A DNA stretch of 63,622 nt, counting the filler, from Octopus bimaculoides (taxonomy: Eukaryota), in NCBI RefSeq assembly GCF_001194135.2. It is 6 parts of 6 records of this genome, joined end to end, with 100 filler letters (N's around TTAATTAATTAA, not from the genome) between each part and the next. Parts side by side here need not be neighbours in the genome. Positions count along the whole stretch, not along the records: positions 61,052 to 63,622 come from NW_026427948.1; 5 more parts are not named here. The stretch is one strand, 5' to 3'. Below the pieces are notes generated by a model. The model saw nothing but the letters and a program-made list of their open reading frames with translations. It made no database searches and was not told the origin of the DNA. Positions 63,346 to 63,622 of the stretch are shown in pieces; position 1 is the first letter of the stretch; each line of letters starts with the position of its first letter. The position numbers were made by a program, and so were the translations under genes.

Positions 63346-63622
63346 CATTAGCTCTGTAACTTACGTTAAATTACTAATTTGGGCTTGGGCATTACACCGT
63401 AATCCCCAAAAGATGGTACTGGTGTATTTTAACACCCTCAAACACTGGAGAGATTTTAAAACCAATTAAATAACATATGATACTCTAATCCTGTACTTTG
63501 CTTCTGCTAATCCACTGTCTTTAAGGTTAGCCATATAAGTCGAGATTAACAGCTTGACGAAATAGATGAGGTTTACGCTAAAGTCCAAGATATTTTCTTT
63601 TAAAATGGCGAAAGGCCTGTTT

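Overview
AT-rich, gappy animal genomic DNA with about 6.9 kb of N. The dense (CA)n/(TA)n/(TATG)n microsatellites and tRNA-derived SINE families look like an octopod (Octopus-type) draft assembly; the species call is inference. Five identical 44N-TTAATTAATTAA-44N spacers are artificial joins, so sequence on either side need not be truly adjacent. The window is mostly decayed mobile DNA: pogo/Tigger, Tc1/maT and two mariner fragments, Helitron-like 5' ends, Dong/R4-type and Tx1-type LINE pieces, three RTE LINE copies (one near full length, one with a clean 11-bp TSD), two Ty3/Gypsy remnants, Penelope relics and more than 10 SINEs. The only well-supported host coding piece is a transmembrane-encoding exon at 59606-59790, plus several weaker candidate exons. 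The most interesting structures are a complete minimal type-I hammerhead ribozyme in a Penelope-like tail (56311-56356), a roughly 720-bp imperfect palindrome built from a decayed coding-like sequence (24511-25232), and a strictly phased but highly diverged 40-bp array (21096-21433). There is no CRISPR, rRNA or bona fide tRNA gene, and I cannot claim a new multi-gene system from this sequence.
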